34,997 nucleotides of DNA from an archaeon (GTDB taxonomy: Archaea > EX4484-52 > B79-G9), in contig JBDRKP010000057.1 of assembly GCA_043813875.1 (NCBI GenBank), positions 1 through 34,997 of the forward strand, read 5' to 3'. Every line of letters starts with the position of its first letter. The stretch's first letter is position 1. A program made the position numbers and the translations under genes. The notes below the pieces were generated by a model, which worked only from the letters and a program-made list of their open reading frames with translations, was not told where the DNA came from and did no database searches. This document shows, one piece after another, positions 17,211 through 27,290 of this stretch.

Positions 17211-18018
17211 ATGATGCCCTCCTTGTCGCCCAGCAGCCGAATGATATGCCGACGAAGAATGATGGAGGGTTTCGGTAGCATTTTGTCATCTTCACACCCA
17301 GTGCGGTTGTCTTACCGCCCAGGCCCATCGGGCCGATGCCGAGGCGATTGATGTCATCTTTGAGTTCTTTTTCTATCCTGTCTAGTGTTTCGTCGGGGTT
17401 TGTGTCGTCAAGGGGTGTTAATAGCTGTCTTTTGGATAAGGATGCGACTTCTTCTATGCTGCCGCCTGCTGCTACGCCTATAATGTATGGAGGGCAGCCT
17501 TTTCCCTGGGCCCTGAATACTGCATCCATGACGCATCTTTTTATGCCGGATATGTCGCGGTCTGCAATTATCCGCGTGTCGGGGAGGCTGTAGATTGAGG
17601 AGATGTTTTCTGAGCCGCCGCCTTTCATCAGGAGGTTGATTTTCAATATGGCGGATTCCTCAAAGTGGATGACGGGCTTGTTTCCGATGTTTATGCCTGT
17701 GATGGGGTCGACTGCGTTCGGCCTCAATGGTATTTTTTCTGTCGCTTCTTTTGTCGCCTGTCCGATTATCTTGATCATGTCTTTTTCTGACTGGTCTTTG
17801 GGGTGAGAGATGTAGAAGAAGGGGGTGCCGGTGTCCTGGCAGATGGGTCTTGATTCGCTTTTGGCTATTTTGATGTTATCAAGGATCGTATCCAGGATGG
17901 ATGCTGCGTTCTTGTCTGACTCTTTTTGTTTTGCAACTTTCAGTGCTGACTCTATGTCTTCCGGGATGACGGTTGCGCATTTTCTGTAGAGGTCGAGAAT
18001 CATGGCTTCGGTGAGCAT
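17203..18018 (-). CDS. Class I fumarate hydratase alpha subunit (Fe-S)
   Basis: PICQDTG, LRPNAVDP, KGGGSEN, GCPP, GIGPMGLGG.TT, CWA.RR. Confidence 0.9.
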   Translation of the reverse strand: MLTEAMILDLYRKCATVIPEDIESALKVAKQKESDKNAASILDTILDNIKIAKSESRPICQDTGTPFFYISHPKDQSEKDMIKIIGQATKEATEKIPLRPNAVDPITGINIGNKPVIHFEESAILKINLLMKGGGSENISSIYSLPDTRIIADRDISGIKRCVMDAVFRAQGKGCPPYIIGVAAGGSIEEVASLSKRQLLTPLDDTNPDETLDRIEKELKDDINRLGIGPMGLGGKTTALGVKMTKCYRNPPSFFVGISFGCWATRRASYD

Positions 18019-18076
18019 ATTTTTATGCTGGGCATTCAGGCTTATTAATCTTTTTTCTGTCCTGCGACCTGAGGTG

Positions 18077-18751
18077 TCAAAATGTGTCTTTTTTGAACAA
18101 TCCCGCTATCCGTGATGATTCGTCGATGAATGCGTGTATGTTTTCGGGTGCTATTGTTTTGCTGTAATCGTATATTATCATCCTGCTGCCGTCTGCCTCG
18201 AAGTTGACGGGTTTTGCTCTTGACTCGAAGTAGCTAAGCGTCTCGGGGGTGAATATATCCCTTACTGATTTTTCGTCCGGGCCTTTCAAGAGGTATCTTT
18301 TTGAGAAAACGGGATAGTTTTCGAAGTTTATGTCTTTGTAGCCGAAGATGTCTCCTAGCTTATGGAAGAATGATTCCGGACCCAGGGTGAAGTGGGGGAG
18401 GTTCGTGTCTTTCATTTCTGCGCATGCGACTGTCTGGTTGTATGTGGATGAACTCCTGCCGGTGCTTATGCTGTAGCTGTAGTCAAAGACGGTCCAGTGG
18501 ATGCGGTTCATATCGCCTTTTATGACGTTTGTTATTTTTTTGGAAAATCCTTTCTTGAAGAGGCTAAAAGACTGAAGGGTGGAGAAAAGCGCGGGGTCAG
18601 GTGTTTGGCTGTATGAGAAGCCGAAGCGGCCTGCGGTCTTTTTCAGGTCTTCGCGTCTTTTTTTCTGCTTGCGGAGGGTTATCACGATTATGGCTGCGGC
18701 CAGTATGATCACGCCTGCAAAAATATATATCGGTAAATAAAGCGGGTCCAT
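18077..18751 (-). CDS. Hypothetical membrane-anchored protein
   Basis: N-terminal TM helix followed by RKQKKRR; VFDYSY, DINFE.YPVFSKRYLL; start trimmed to ATG 18751. Confidence 0.7.
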   Translation of the reverse strand: MDPLYLPIYIFAGVIILAAAIIVITLRKQKKRREDLKKTAGRFGFSYSQTPDPALFSTLQSFSLFKKGFSKKITNVIKGDMNRIHWTVFDYSYSISTGRSSSTYNQTVACAEMKDTNLPHFTLGPESFFHKLGDIFGYKDINFENYPVFSKRYLLKGPDEKSVRDIFTPETLSYFESRAKPVNFEADGSRMIIYDYSKTIAPENIHAFIDESSRIAGLFKKDTF

Positions 18752-18877
18752 GTCATCATCGGCGTTTATTGTTTTGGTCGGATTACTTTGGATTATATTT
18801 TGGGAACTTGAGTATATATGTGTTCTTTCTGGAATCCGACAGACGGTTATGCACAGAATTTTTCTGACAACGACAGA

Positions 18878-18936
18878 TTTATATATCTTTGATGTCATAA
18901 TTATAATAAACTGACCGGTCGGTTTGTTAAACTGAC
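18878..18936 (+). promoter_or_regulatory. Promoter of pspC-tetR with TetR-type operator
   Basis: TTTATATA at 18878-18885; AAACTGACC/GGTCGGTTT palindrome at 18908-18925 (one mismatch); extra half-site AAACTGAC at 18929-18936. Confidence 0.65.
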
Positions 18937-18957
18937 TTGTTAACGGAGGGATCACTC

Positions 18958-19161
18958 ATGGCATCAAAAGAGTTCAGGGGAAAGAAGCTTTACAGGAGCC
19001 GGAAGAACAGGATGATTGCTGGCGTATGCGGGGGAATCGCTGAGTATTTTGATATTGACCCGACGCTTGTCAGGCTTGCATGGATTCTTGTCACGTTCGC
19101 TGGCGGAGCGGGACTTTTGGCATACCTGATCGCATGGATAATAGTACCGGAAGAGAAATAG
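18958..19161 (+). CDS. pspC: PspC domain protein
   Basis: [29 protein letters not shown]...[19 protein letters not shown] before ATG 18958. Confidence 0.93.
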   Translation: MASKEFRGKKLYRSRKNRMIAGVCGGIAEYFDIDPTLVRLAWILVTFAGGAGLLAYLIAWIIVPEEK

Positions 19162-19188
19162 GGTCTAGAGGGTAATCGGTAATGTGTT

Positions 19189-19809
19189 ATGGCGCCTAAA
19201 GTCACTGACGACTATAAGCAGAATGTCCGCGAAAGGATACTTGTGTCAGCCGGATCTCTTTTTGCGCAGAACGGCTATCATTCTACCTCTATGGATGACA
19301 TCGTTAAGGAGTGCGGGCTCAGCAAGGGGGCGATATACTGTTATTTCAGGAGCAAGGAGGACCTTTTTATCGCGCTTTCTGATATGCGCCTCGCTACTCT
19401 TCTTGATGACATGAAGTCGGCATTTTCGAGGAATGATACTGCATCGATGAAACTCAGGAAGGCTGCGGAACTACATTTCAGGCAGCTTGAGGATCCGGAT
19501 GATGTATGGCGGATGACTCTTGAGTTGTGGGTCGAGGCGCCAAGAATCCCTTCTCTTGAGACGAGGATGAAAAAGCGCTATGAAATGACTCATAGCTTCA
19601 TCGCAGATATCATACGCGAAGGGAAGAGGAATGGCGAGTTCAGGGACGACGTGGATGAGGGTGCGCTTTCGTCCATTATCCTTGGGATGCTCCGTGGGCT
19701 ATCGCTTCACAGCAACAAGATGAACCAGGATTTTGACTGGAAGAGGATCAAGAAGACGTTTCTTGATGCGCTATATGACGGTATTGCTGCAAAGGCAGGG
19801 GAATCGTGA
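19189..19809 (+). CDS. TetR/AcrR family transcriptional regulator
   Basis: ILVSA..LFAQNGYHSTSMDDI...GLSKGAIY.YFRSKEDLF; GEFRDDVD. Confidence 0.93.
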   Translation: MAPKVTDDYKQNVRERILVSAGSLFAQNGYHSTSMDDIVKECGLSKGAIYCYFRSKEDLFIALSDMRLATLLDDMKSAFSRNDTASMKLRKAAELHFRQLEDPDDVWRMTLELWVEAPRIPSLETRMKKRYEMTHSFIADIIREGKRNGEFRDDVDEGALSSIILGMLRGLSLHSNKMNQDFDWKRIKKTFLDALYDGIAAKAGES

Positions 19810-19812
19810 CGA

Positions 19813-19885
19813 AATAAAAAAAATCGCCTGAAATCCGCTATCGAACCGGAGCAAGCTGCGGGGTATCAAACCCAGTCGGGAATGA
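19813..19885. repeat. REP/MITE-like element, short (internally deleted) copy
   Basis: aataaaaaaaatcgcctgaaatccgctatc matches 3841-3869; followed by one agcaagctgcgggg hairpin and aaaccc...gggaatgaa matching 3961-3978. Confidence 0.7.
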
Positions 19886-19955
19886 ATCGATGGATAAAGA
19901 AAGATATAATAAAAGCAAATTGAAATATAATAGAATAATAATAATAATATAGGGA

Positions 19956-20645
19956 ATGAATATGGTACCAAAAGGAAAGAAAATCGTTATCGAACTGAAG
20001 AATGTGTTCAAGATATACAGGATGGGCGATGTGGAAGTGCCTGCCCTGAACGGTGTGAGCGCGCAGATAAGGGCCGGGGAGTTCGTCGCGATAATGGGCG
20101 CGAGCGGGTCGGGAAAATCGACTGCACTCAATATGGTCGGGTGTCTTGATATCCCGTCGAAAGGGGTTGTCGAGCTTGACGGCATCGATATCACGAAACT
20201 CAGCGAGAGCGATCTTGCCCAGATACGTGGGAAGAAGATAGGGTTCATATTCCAGACTTTCAATCTCATAAATTCGATATCGGCACTTGAGAATGTCGAG
20301 CTGCCGATGATATTTCAGGGCATCCCGAAAGAAAGGCGGGTCAAAAGGGCTAAAGAACTTCTAAAGCTTGTCGAACTCGACCACAGGCTTGACCATAAGC
20401 CGACGGAGATGTCAGGCGGGCAGCAGCAGAGAGTGGCAATCGCCAGGGCTCTTGCAAATGATCCAGAGGTATTGCTTGCTGACGAGCCTACGGGGAATCT
20501 TGATTCCAAGACAGGAAAAGAGATAATGGATCTTATCGAAAGGCTCAACAAGGAAGGGAAGACGATAATCATGGTGACGCATGACGATGATTTAGGAAAG
20601 CATGCTGAGAGAATAATATATCTGAAGGACGGAAAGATTGTTTAG
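19956..20645 (+). CDS. ABC transporter ATP-binding protein (LolD/MacB/SalX family)
   Basis: GASGSGKST, IGFIFQTFNL, MSGGQQQRVAIARAL, LLADEPTGNLD, VTHD. Confidence 0.95.
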   Translation: MNMVPKGKKIVIELKNVFKIYRMGDVEVPALNGVSAQIRAGEFVAIMGASGSGKSTALNMVGCLDIPSKGVVELDGIDITKLSESDLAQIRGKKIGFIFQTFNLINSISALENVELPMIFQGIPKERRVKRAKELLKLVELDHRLDHKPTEMSGGQQQRVAIARALANDPEVLLADEPTGNLDSKTGKEIMDLIERLNKEGKTIIMVTHDDDLGKHAERIIYLKDGKIV

Positions 20646-20657
20646 GAGGCAGTGACT

Positions 20658-21884
20658 ATGAAGAAGATAATGATCGGAATGATTTTGATGGCGATGATGA
20701 TTGCCAGTGGCGCTTTTGCGCAGGGCAGCCCGGGGTTCAGCAATCTTGAGGTTGTCTCCACAATATATGAGCCGTTTCCTGCCGAGCCTGGAAAATACAT
20801 AGACCTTTATGTGAAGGTCGAGAACAAGGGCACAAGAATCGCTACGAATACCGTATTTGAGCTTATGCCCAAATACCCGTTCAGCATGGATCCTGAAGAA
20901 AATCCAGTCAAGAGTTTCGGCAATCTTGAGACAGGCCAGCCGGTGCTTCTTAAGTACAGGGTCAAGGTCGATCAAAATGCATTTTCAGGCAAACATAATA
21001 TTGATCTGCGCTACAGCACTGGTGCTAACGGCGTGTGGTTCACTGTGCCGTTTGAGATCGAGGTGAAGTCGCGTGACGCTATCCTTTCCATCGAAAAAGT
21101 CATGTCTGATCCGGAGGAAATCACTGCCGGCAGCAGGGCCACAGTCAAATTCACCCTGAAGAATCTTGCAAATACGCAGATCAAGGATATCAGCCTGAAA
21201 CTGGACATGTCCGGCACGACACTGCCTTTTGCGCCATTGGATTCGACTACTGAAAAGAAGATCCAGACACTGGGAGCCGGCGCCATACAGACTGTTTCTT
21301 TCAATATCATCACAGACGCTTCTGCTGAGCCGAAAGTCTATAAGATTCCACTTATCATGACATATACGGATGAGGCGGGAACGACGATCACAAAAAGCGA
21401 TATCATCGGCCTGCTTGTGTCTTCGAGGCCTGAGCTTGAAGTGTATATGGAGGAATCGGATAAATTCCAGGGAGGTATGACCGGAAATATTGTGATCAGC
21501 GTCTCAAACATAGGCGCTACACAGGCAAAATTTGTCTCTGTCAGCCTTGAGAAGTCACCGAATTATGAGATAATAAGTCCTGACAGGATGTACATAGGCA
21601 ATCTTGATTCAGATGATTTTGATACTGTCGAATATAATCTACATGTTGATGAATCGCTGAATGATACGAAAATACCTGTCATCGTCACACTGACTTATAA
21701 GGACGCCTATAATAAGGAGCATGTGAAGCAATACGACCTCTCGCTCAAGGTATATTCTCTTGAGGAACTTATTCGTATAGGTGAAGTGACACCCCAAGGA
21801 AGCTCCAGCAATATCATCATTATCGTGATCCTGCTTGTTGTTGTGTATCTCGGTTACAGATATTTCAGGAGAAAAAAGGCTTAG
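20658..21884 (+). CDS. COG1361 S-layer-domain protein (signal peptide, Ig/CARDB-like repeats, C-terminal TM anchor)
   Basis: PFPAEPG, repeated V.N.G motifs, YIGNLDSDDF, C-terminal TM plus RRKK; AGGAGG SD before ATG 20658. Confidence 0.82.
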   Translation: MKKIMIGMILMAMMIASGAFAQGSPGFSNLEVVSTIYEPFPAEPGKYIDLYVKVENKGTRIATNTVFELMPKYPFSMDPEENPVKSFGNLETGQPVLLKYRVKVDQNAFSGKHNIDLRYSTGANGVWFTVPFEIEVKSRDAILSIEKVMSDPEEITAGSRATVKFTLKNLANTQIKDISLKLDMSGTTLPFAPLDSTTEKKIQTLGAGAIQTVSFNIITDASAEPKVYKIPLIMTYTDEAGTTITKSDIIGLLVSSRPELEVYMEESDKFQGGMTGNIVISVSNIGATQAKFVSVSLEKSPNYEIISPDRMYIGNLDSDDFDTVEYNLHVDESLNDTKIPVIVTLTYKDAYNKEHVKQYDLSLKVYSLEELIRIGEVTPQGSSSNIIIIVILLVVVYLGYRYFRRKKA

Positions 21885-21923
21885 GTAATTTTGGCCTTTC
21901 CTTCTCCTAAGCGGGTGTAATCG

Positions 21924-23147
21924 ATGATCAGTGATTATTTCAAATTCTCGATAAAGACATTCAGATCGCGAAAGCTTAGGACGGGCCTTACGATCCTTGG
22001 GATATTCATCGGCATCGCGGCGGTCGTATCACTGATATCTTTGAGCCAGGGGATGCAGAGCGCAATTGATGACCAGTTCCAGAAGCTCGGGACGAACAGG
22101 ATCACTATAACGCCCGGCGGCGGCGGTTTTGGCGGGCCTGAAGCATCCGGTCTTGTCGCCGATAAGTTGACTGACCATGATGTCGAAGTGGTGCGAAGGG
22201 TGAAGGGTGTCGATTATGCAATCGGCGTCATGCTGAAGACTGCCAGAGTGGAATACGATGGTAAATCACGGTTTACGGCGGTGTTCGCTTCTAGCACTGA
22301 CCCGAAATCTGTCAGATTCATAGAAAGCATTGATTTCTTTGCGCTGGAGACAGGCAAATATCCAAAGCCGGCTGAAAAATACAAAGCAGCTATAGGGCAG
22401 AAGATGGGAATCAACCTGTTTGACAGGGATATCAAGATGGGGGAGCAGATAACAATCGAGGGCCAAAAATTCGATGTGGTCGCAATAACAAAAATATCGG
22501 GGAATCCTCTCCACGATACTAAGGTGGCGATACCTCTTGATACTGCGCGCGATATTTTTGACGCCCCTGATGAGCTTTCGATGATATTTGTAGAGGTAAG
22601 CCAAGGCTTTTTGCCGGCGGATGTCGCTGACAATATAGAGGCGGCAATGCGCCGCGACCATAAGGTCAAGGAGGGAGAGGAGGATTTCTCGGTGCAGACT
22701 TCCGAGCAGCTGATAAGCAGCGCTAAAAGCATGCTCGGGATAGTACAGGTGTTTCTTATCGGGATCTCACTGATCTCGCTTATCGTGGGTGGGGTCGGCA
22801 TCATGAATACCATGTATACGTCGGTGCTTGAGAGGACAAAGGAGATCGGTATCATGAAGGCGATCGGCGCAAGAAATTCCGACATCATGAGTATGTTTCT
22901 TATAGAATCGGGGACACTCGGAGTGATCGGCGGTGTCATCGGCGTCGTCATGGGATATGCCATCGGAAAGACTGCTGAACTTATCGCTATCTCTTCCGGC
23001 GTCACTATATTAAGGGTGAATTATTCTTTTGAACTTATCTTAGGTGCGATGATATTCTCGTTCCTGATCGGTGCGATTTCAGGTACATTTCCTGCAATAG
23101 AGGCTTCAAGAAAAAATCCGGTGGATTCACTGAGATACAGAAGGTAG
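21924..23147 (+). CDS. ABC transporter permease (MacB/FtsX family)
   Basis: RTGLTILGIFIGIAAVV, VGGVGIMNTMYTSVLERTKEIGIMKAIGA, PA..AS..NPVDSLRY. Confidence 0.95.
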   Translation: MISDYFKFSIKTFRSRKLRTGLTILGIFIGIAAVVSLISLSQGMQSAIDDQFQKLGTNRITITPGGGGFGGPEASGLVADKLTDHDVEVVRRVKGVDYAIGVMLKTARVEYDGKSRFTAVFASSTDPKSVRFIESIDFFALETGKYPKPAEKYKAAIGQKMGINLFDRDIKMGEQITIEGQKFDVVAITKISGNPLHDTKVAIPLDTARDIFDAPDELSMIFVEVSQGFLPADVADNIEAAMRRDHKVKEGEEDFSVQTSEQLISSAKSMLGIVQVFLIGISLISLIVGGVGIMNTMYTSVLERTKEIGIMKAIGARNSDIMSMFLIESGTLGVIGGVIGVVMGYAIGKTAELIAISSGVTILRVNYSFELILGAMIFSFLIGAISGTFPAIEASRKNPVDSLRYRR

Positions 23148-23153
23148 AAAGAC

Positions 23154-24356
23154 ATGATTAAAGATTATGTGATGACAGCTTACAGGGATATAAGGAACAG
23201 GAAGAAGAGATCATGGCTCACGATGATAGGGATCATCATAGGTGTCGCTGCTGTAGTATCGCTCATGTCGCTCGGGCAGGGACTGGAGGACGCGTTCAAT
23301 GAGCAGTTCGAGATGATGGGCGCAAATATAATAATGGTCATGCCGGGCGGAGGACTTGCATCGATGGGTATGAGTGGCAGCAGCCTGACAAGTGATGACC
23401 TTGAACTCATAAAAAAGGTGAGGGGTGTCAACTCTGCTGCTGGGATGATAAGCAAGATAGCCAAAGTCGAGTTTGGCGGTGAGCTGAAGCATACATTTGT
23501 TTCAGGAATGCCTTTAGGCGTTGACGTCATTGAGAATATTGAAAGCTTCAAGGTTGTAGGCGGCAGGGATCTGAGGGAAACTGACCGAAACGGAATACTT
23601 ATCGGATATAATATTGCAGAGGGCAAGTTCTTCAAGAAAAAGGTACTGGTCGGGAATACGATCACGGTAAATGACAAGAAATTCAAGGTTGTGGGGACAC
23701 TTGAAAAAATAGGGAATCCGCAAGATGATGCTAATGTCATCATGATACTTGAGAGCGCGAGTGATCTTTTTGATACCGAGGATATGATGACTATCATGGC
23801 TGACACGAAGCCGGGTTTTGAGCCAGGGGTGGTCGCTGAGAATATCAAGAAAGCCATGCGAAAGGATCGCGATCAGAAAGTCGGGGAAGAGGATTTTTCT
23901 GTGCAGACGGCTGAGCAGCTCAAGGAGACGGTCAATACGATACTCAATCTGGTACAGTCTGTCCTTATAGGCATCGCCGCCATATCACTTCTTGTCGGTG
24001 GGATAGGCATAATGAATACGATGTACACCTCAGTGCTTGAGAGGACGCGCGATATCGGTGTAATGAAGGCGATCGGGGCACGGAACAGCAGCATCATGAC
24101 GATCTTCCTGATCGAGTCGGGCATGATCGGGATGGCAGGCGGGGCTATGGGTGTTATCATCGGGTTATCGATGAGCAAGATTATCGAATATGTATCTTCG
24201 GCACAGCTTGGTGTCGATTATCTTAAGGCGGCGATGCCGCCGGAGCTGATTTTGGGGGCGCTTGCCTTTTCTTTTTTTGTCGGGATGCTTTCCGGTACGA
24301 CGCCAGCTATAAGGGCGGCGAGATTGAAGCCTACTGATGCGCTTCGGTATGAGTAG
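23154..24356 (+). CDS. ABC transporter permease (MacB/FtsX family), paralog
   Basis: RSWLTMIGIIIGVAAVV, VGGIGIMNTMYTSVLERTRDIGVMKAIGA, PA.RAARLKPTDALRYE. Confidence 0.95.
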   Translation: MIKDYVMTAYRDIRNRKKRSWLTMIGIIIGVAAVVSLMSLGQGLEDAFNEQFEMMGANIIMVMPGGGLASMGMSGSSLTSDDLELIKKVRGVNSAAGMISKIAKVEFGGELKHTFVSGMPLGVDVIENIESFKVVGGRDLRETDRNGILIGYNIAEGKFFKKKVLVGNTITVNDKKFKVVGTLEKIGNPQDDANVIMILESASDLFDTEDMMTIMADTKPGFEPGVVAENIKKAMRKDRDQKVGEEDFSVQTAEQLKETVNTILNLVQSVLIGIAAISLLVGGIGIMNTMYTSVLERTRDIGVMKAIGARNSSIMTIFLIESGMIGMAGGAMGVIIGLSMSKIIEYVSSAQLGVDYLKAAMPPELILGALAFSFFVGMLSGTTPAIRAARLKPTDALRYE

Positions 24357-24451
24357 AGTCTTTTTCTATCGGCATTGTGTTGATATCAGTTATATATATC
24401 TTTGCATCAAAATAAGTATCAGAAGACTCAAATGATGATGAGGCGGGTGAA

Positions 24452-25294
24452 ATGGACTCAAAGGATGCGCTTGTGGTATTTCAGGGGAAGCATATCAGAA
24501 GAACGTGGCATAATGATGAATGGTGGTTTTCTGTCGTTGATGTGGTTGGGATTTTAACTGAGAGTCCAACACCCCGCCAATATTGGGGTAAGGTAAAAGA
24601 CAGGGAATTCAAGCAACTTGAGTTGTCCCCAATTTGGGTACAACTGAAACTACGGTCTCCTGACGGTAAAGATTATATGACTGATTGCGCAAATACAGAA
24701 TCTATGTTCCGGATCATCCAGTCCATCCCCTCAAAAAAAGCTGAGCCGTTTAAACAGTGGCTGGCAAAAGTCGGATATGAAAGAATACAGGAGATTGAGA
24801 ACCCGGAGCTTGCGCAGGACAGGGCAAAGGAGTATTACGAACTGAAAGGTTATCCGAAAGACTGGATTGATAAGAGATTGCGCGGAATTGCCATTAGACA
24901 GGAACTAACAGACGAATGGATGCAGAGGGGTATCGAAGAAAAAAGAGATTTTGCGATTCTTACGAATGAAATATCCAAAGCAACTTTTGGGGTTCCTATA
25001 CAGATGCATAAACAGATTAAGGGACTGGATCCGAAATTCAAAAATCAGAATCTAAGAGATCATATGACTGATCTTGAACTTATTTTCGCAATGCTTGGGG
25101 AGCGACTTACAACTGAAGCTACGCGAAGAAAAGATGCTTTTGGTTTTTTACAGAACAAAGATGCAGCAAAAGAAGGAGGCTCTGTTGCAGGAAGAGCAAG
25201 ACTCGATGCTGAAAAAAGTCTTGGTGTGAAAGTTGTCTCACAGGAAAATTATCTCGATATCCGAAAGGAAAAGAAAAAGCTGGAAGATAAGTAA
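24452..25294 (+). CDS. Bro-N domain protein (antirepressor-like)
   Basis: IRRTW...EWWFSVVDVV..LT, RIIQSIPSKKAEPFKQWLA.VG.ERI.EIENPEL, NLRDHMTDLELIF; GGTGA SD. Confidence 0.88.
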   Translation: MDSKDALVVFQGKHIRRTWHNDEWWFSVVDVVGILTESPTPRQYWGKVKDREFKQLELSPIWVQLKLRSPDGKDYMTDCANTESMFRIIQSIPSKKAEPFKQWLAKVGYERIQEIENPELAQDRAKEYYELKGYPKDWIDKRLRGIAIRQELTDEWMQRGIEEKRDFAILTNEISKATFGVPIQMHKQIKGLDPKFKNQNLRDHMTDLELIFAMLGERLTTEATRRKDAFGFLQNKDAAKEGGSVAGRARLDAEKSLGVKVVSQENYLDIRKEKKKLEDK

Positions 25295-25334
25295 TCTGCT
25301 GAAATATCCCATCAATTGCAGAATTACCTGGATT

Positions 25335-26564
25335 TCACATGTTCCTTATTATCGCGGCTCCAAACTCACTACATTTGAGTTCCTGTGCGCCCTCCATCTG
25401 CCTTGCGAGGTCGTATGTGACTTTCTTTTCTCTGATTGTTTTTTCGATGGCTTTTTCGATCAGTTGCGCGGCCTCTGTCCAGCCGAGGTAGTTGAGCATC
25501 ATGACGCCTGATAAGATTAGTGAGCCGGGGTTTACTTTGTCTAAGCCTGCGTATTTCGGGGCTGTGCCATGGGTGGCTTCAAATATGGCTATGTTGTCGC
25601 CGATGTTTGCGCCGGGGGCGAGACCGAGGCCGCCGACCTGTGCTGCGCACGCGTCTGACAGGTAGTCGCCGTTGAGGTTCGTCGTCGCGATGACGTCGTA
25701 TTCTTCGGGCCTTAACAAGACCTGCTGGAACATGGAGTCTGCTATGCGGTCCTTGATTATGATTTTGTTGTTTTGGGGTGTGCCTTCATTGAGTTCTGTC
25801 TCTGTTATTGTCTGGGCTGGAAATTCTTCTTTTGCTACTTCGTAGCCCCAGGCCATGAATGCGCCTTCGGTGTATTTCATTATGTTGCCTTTGTGGACAA
25901 GCGTTACGGATCTACGGTTGTTTTTTATTGCGTAATCGATGGCTGCGCGGACGAGGCGGTTTGATGCTGTTTCGCTTATGGGCTTTATACCCACGCCGGA
26001 GTCTTTTGAGATGTTGGTGTTGTAGGTCCTGTTGAGGTGGTCTATCAGGGATTCTGCTTCTTTAGTGCCTTGTTTCCATTCGTAGCCTGCGTAGACGTCT
26101 TCTGTGTTCTCGCGGAATATCACGACGTTGAGTTTTTGCGGGTCTTTCAGGGGGCTTTGTACACCTGGAAAATAACGTACCGGCCTTACGCATGAATAGA
26201 GGTCAAGATCCTGCCTTAGAGCGACGTTCAGGCTCCTGAAACCCTCGCCTACTGGGGTCGTGAGCGGGCCTTTGAGGGCGACGCGGTAGAGTTTTATCTC
26301 ATCTAGCGTGATTTTTGGGAGGTGCTCGCCGTATTTTTTTAGCGCTTTCTCTCCTGCAAATATCTCAAGCCAGACTATCTTTTTTTTGCCGCCGTAGGCT
26401 TTCTTTACGGCTGCGTCTATCACGCAGAGGGCGGTCTTTGTGATGTCAGGGCCGACGCCGTCTCCTTCTATGTAGGGGATGATGGGGTTGTCGGGGACTT
26501 TGAGGTTAGAGTTTTCGACTTCTATGGGCTGTCCTGATTCTGGATTTTCTTTTTTATCTATCAT
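25335..26564 (-). CDS. icd: NADP-dependent isocitrate dehydrogenase (E. coli-type)
   Basis: [72 protein letters not shown]. Confidence 0.96.
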   Translation of the reverse strand: MIDKKENPESGQPIEVENSNLKVPDNPIIPYIEGDGVGPDITKTALCVIDAAVKKAYGGKKKIVWLEIFAGEKALKKYGEHLPKITLDEIKLYRVALKGPLTTPVGEGFRSLNVALRQDLDLYSCVRPVRYFPGVQSPLKDPQKLNVVIFRENTEDVYAGYEWKQGTKEAESLIDHLNRTYNTNISKDSGVGIKPISETASNRLVRAAIDYAIKNNRRSVTLVHKGNIMKYTEGAFMAWGYEVAKEEFPAQTITETELNEGTPQNNKIIIKDRIADSMFQQVLLRPEEYDVIATTNLNGDYLSDACAAQVGGLGLAPGANIGDNIAIFEATHGTAPKYAGLDKVNPGSLILSGVMMLNYLGWTEAAQLIEKAIEKTIREKKVTYDLARQMEGAQELKCSEFGAAIIRNM

Positions 26565-26646
26565 TCATATAACCATTTGATATTTTTAAAATGAAAATAT
26601 ATCTTTAAGGGCGTAAGCTTATCTTTTTTGCTGTCCGGAAAATAGA

Positions 26647-27270
26647 CTATCCTGATTCTTTTTCGATTATGCCGAGAAGTTCCCTGAAATCTGTTATCCG
26701 GTATTTTGCTGCTTTTTTTGCGGCCTCGTCGCCGTTGTATGCTATGCCGAAACGCACCAATTTGAAGACGTCTGCGTCGTCTTTCCGGTCGCCGATGGAT
26801 ACTGCGTCTTTAGGGGAGATGCGTTCTTTTTCAAGTATTTTTTCGGCCTCTTTTTTCTTGTTGTCGTGGTACTCGAGTATTCTTCCTGTGAAAGCGCCGT
26901 CTTTTACCTCAAGGACTGTTCCTGCGATATAGTCGAAGCCAAGATCGTCCTGGAAGAGGCTTCCCAAATGGGTGGGAATCTGAGTGAGAAGGGCTGTCTT
27001 CATCCCTCTTTCTTTTATGGCTCTTACTGCCTCTTTTGCTCCGTCGTTGAACTCGAATGTCTTGTAGACTTCAGGGAGATCGGATACGTTCAGGCCCTTC
27101 CAGCATGCGTAGGTCTCTTTCAATAGTTCTTCCATTGTTATCTGTCCTTTTGTGTATTCCGGGTAGATCTCTTTGTACCTGTCGCCTTTTTTGAGGTATT
27201 CTGCGCCGGAGTTTGCGCCGCTGCCTTTGACCAAGGTCTTGCTCATGTCGATGAATAACAGTTTTATCAT
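26647..27270 (-). CDS. HAD family hydrolase, phosphoserine-phosphatase-like, with atypical motif I
   Basis: FIDMSKTL, LLT, K, IGDRKDD; GGTGAT SD before ATG 27270. Confidence 0.8.
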   Translation of the reverse strand: MIKLLFIDMSKTLVKGSGANSGAEYLKKGDRYKEIYPEYTKGQITMEELLKETYACWKGLNVSDLPEVYKTFEFNDGAKEAVRAIKERGMKTALLTQIPTHLGSLFQDDLGFDYIAGTVLEVKDGAFTGRILEYHDNKKKEAEKILEKERISPKDAVSIGDRKDDADVFKLVRFGIAYNGDEAAKKAAKYRITDFRELLGIIEKESG

Positions 27271-27290
27271 ATTGATCACCATGTTTTTTG

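Noticed and set aside
16692..18018. L-tartrate dehydratase call
   Set aside because: KGGGSEN in the alpha subunit fits class I fumarases better; tartrate activity is not excluded without an assay.
18752..18955. N-terminal extension of ORF 18077..18955
   Set aside because: It runs through the pspC promoter and operator; the TM-anchored protein begins at ATG 18751.
24452..25294. Provirus around the Bro-N gene
   Set aside because: No integrase, structural genes or att-like repeats; the flanks are cellular genes.
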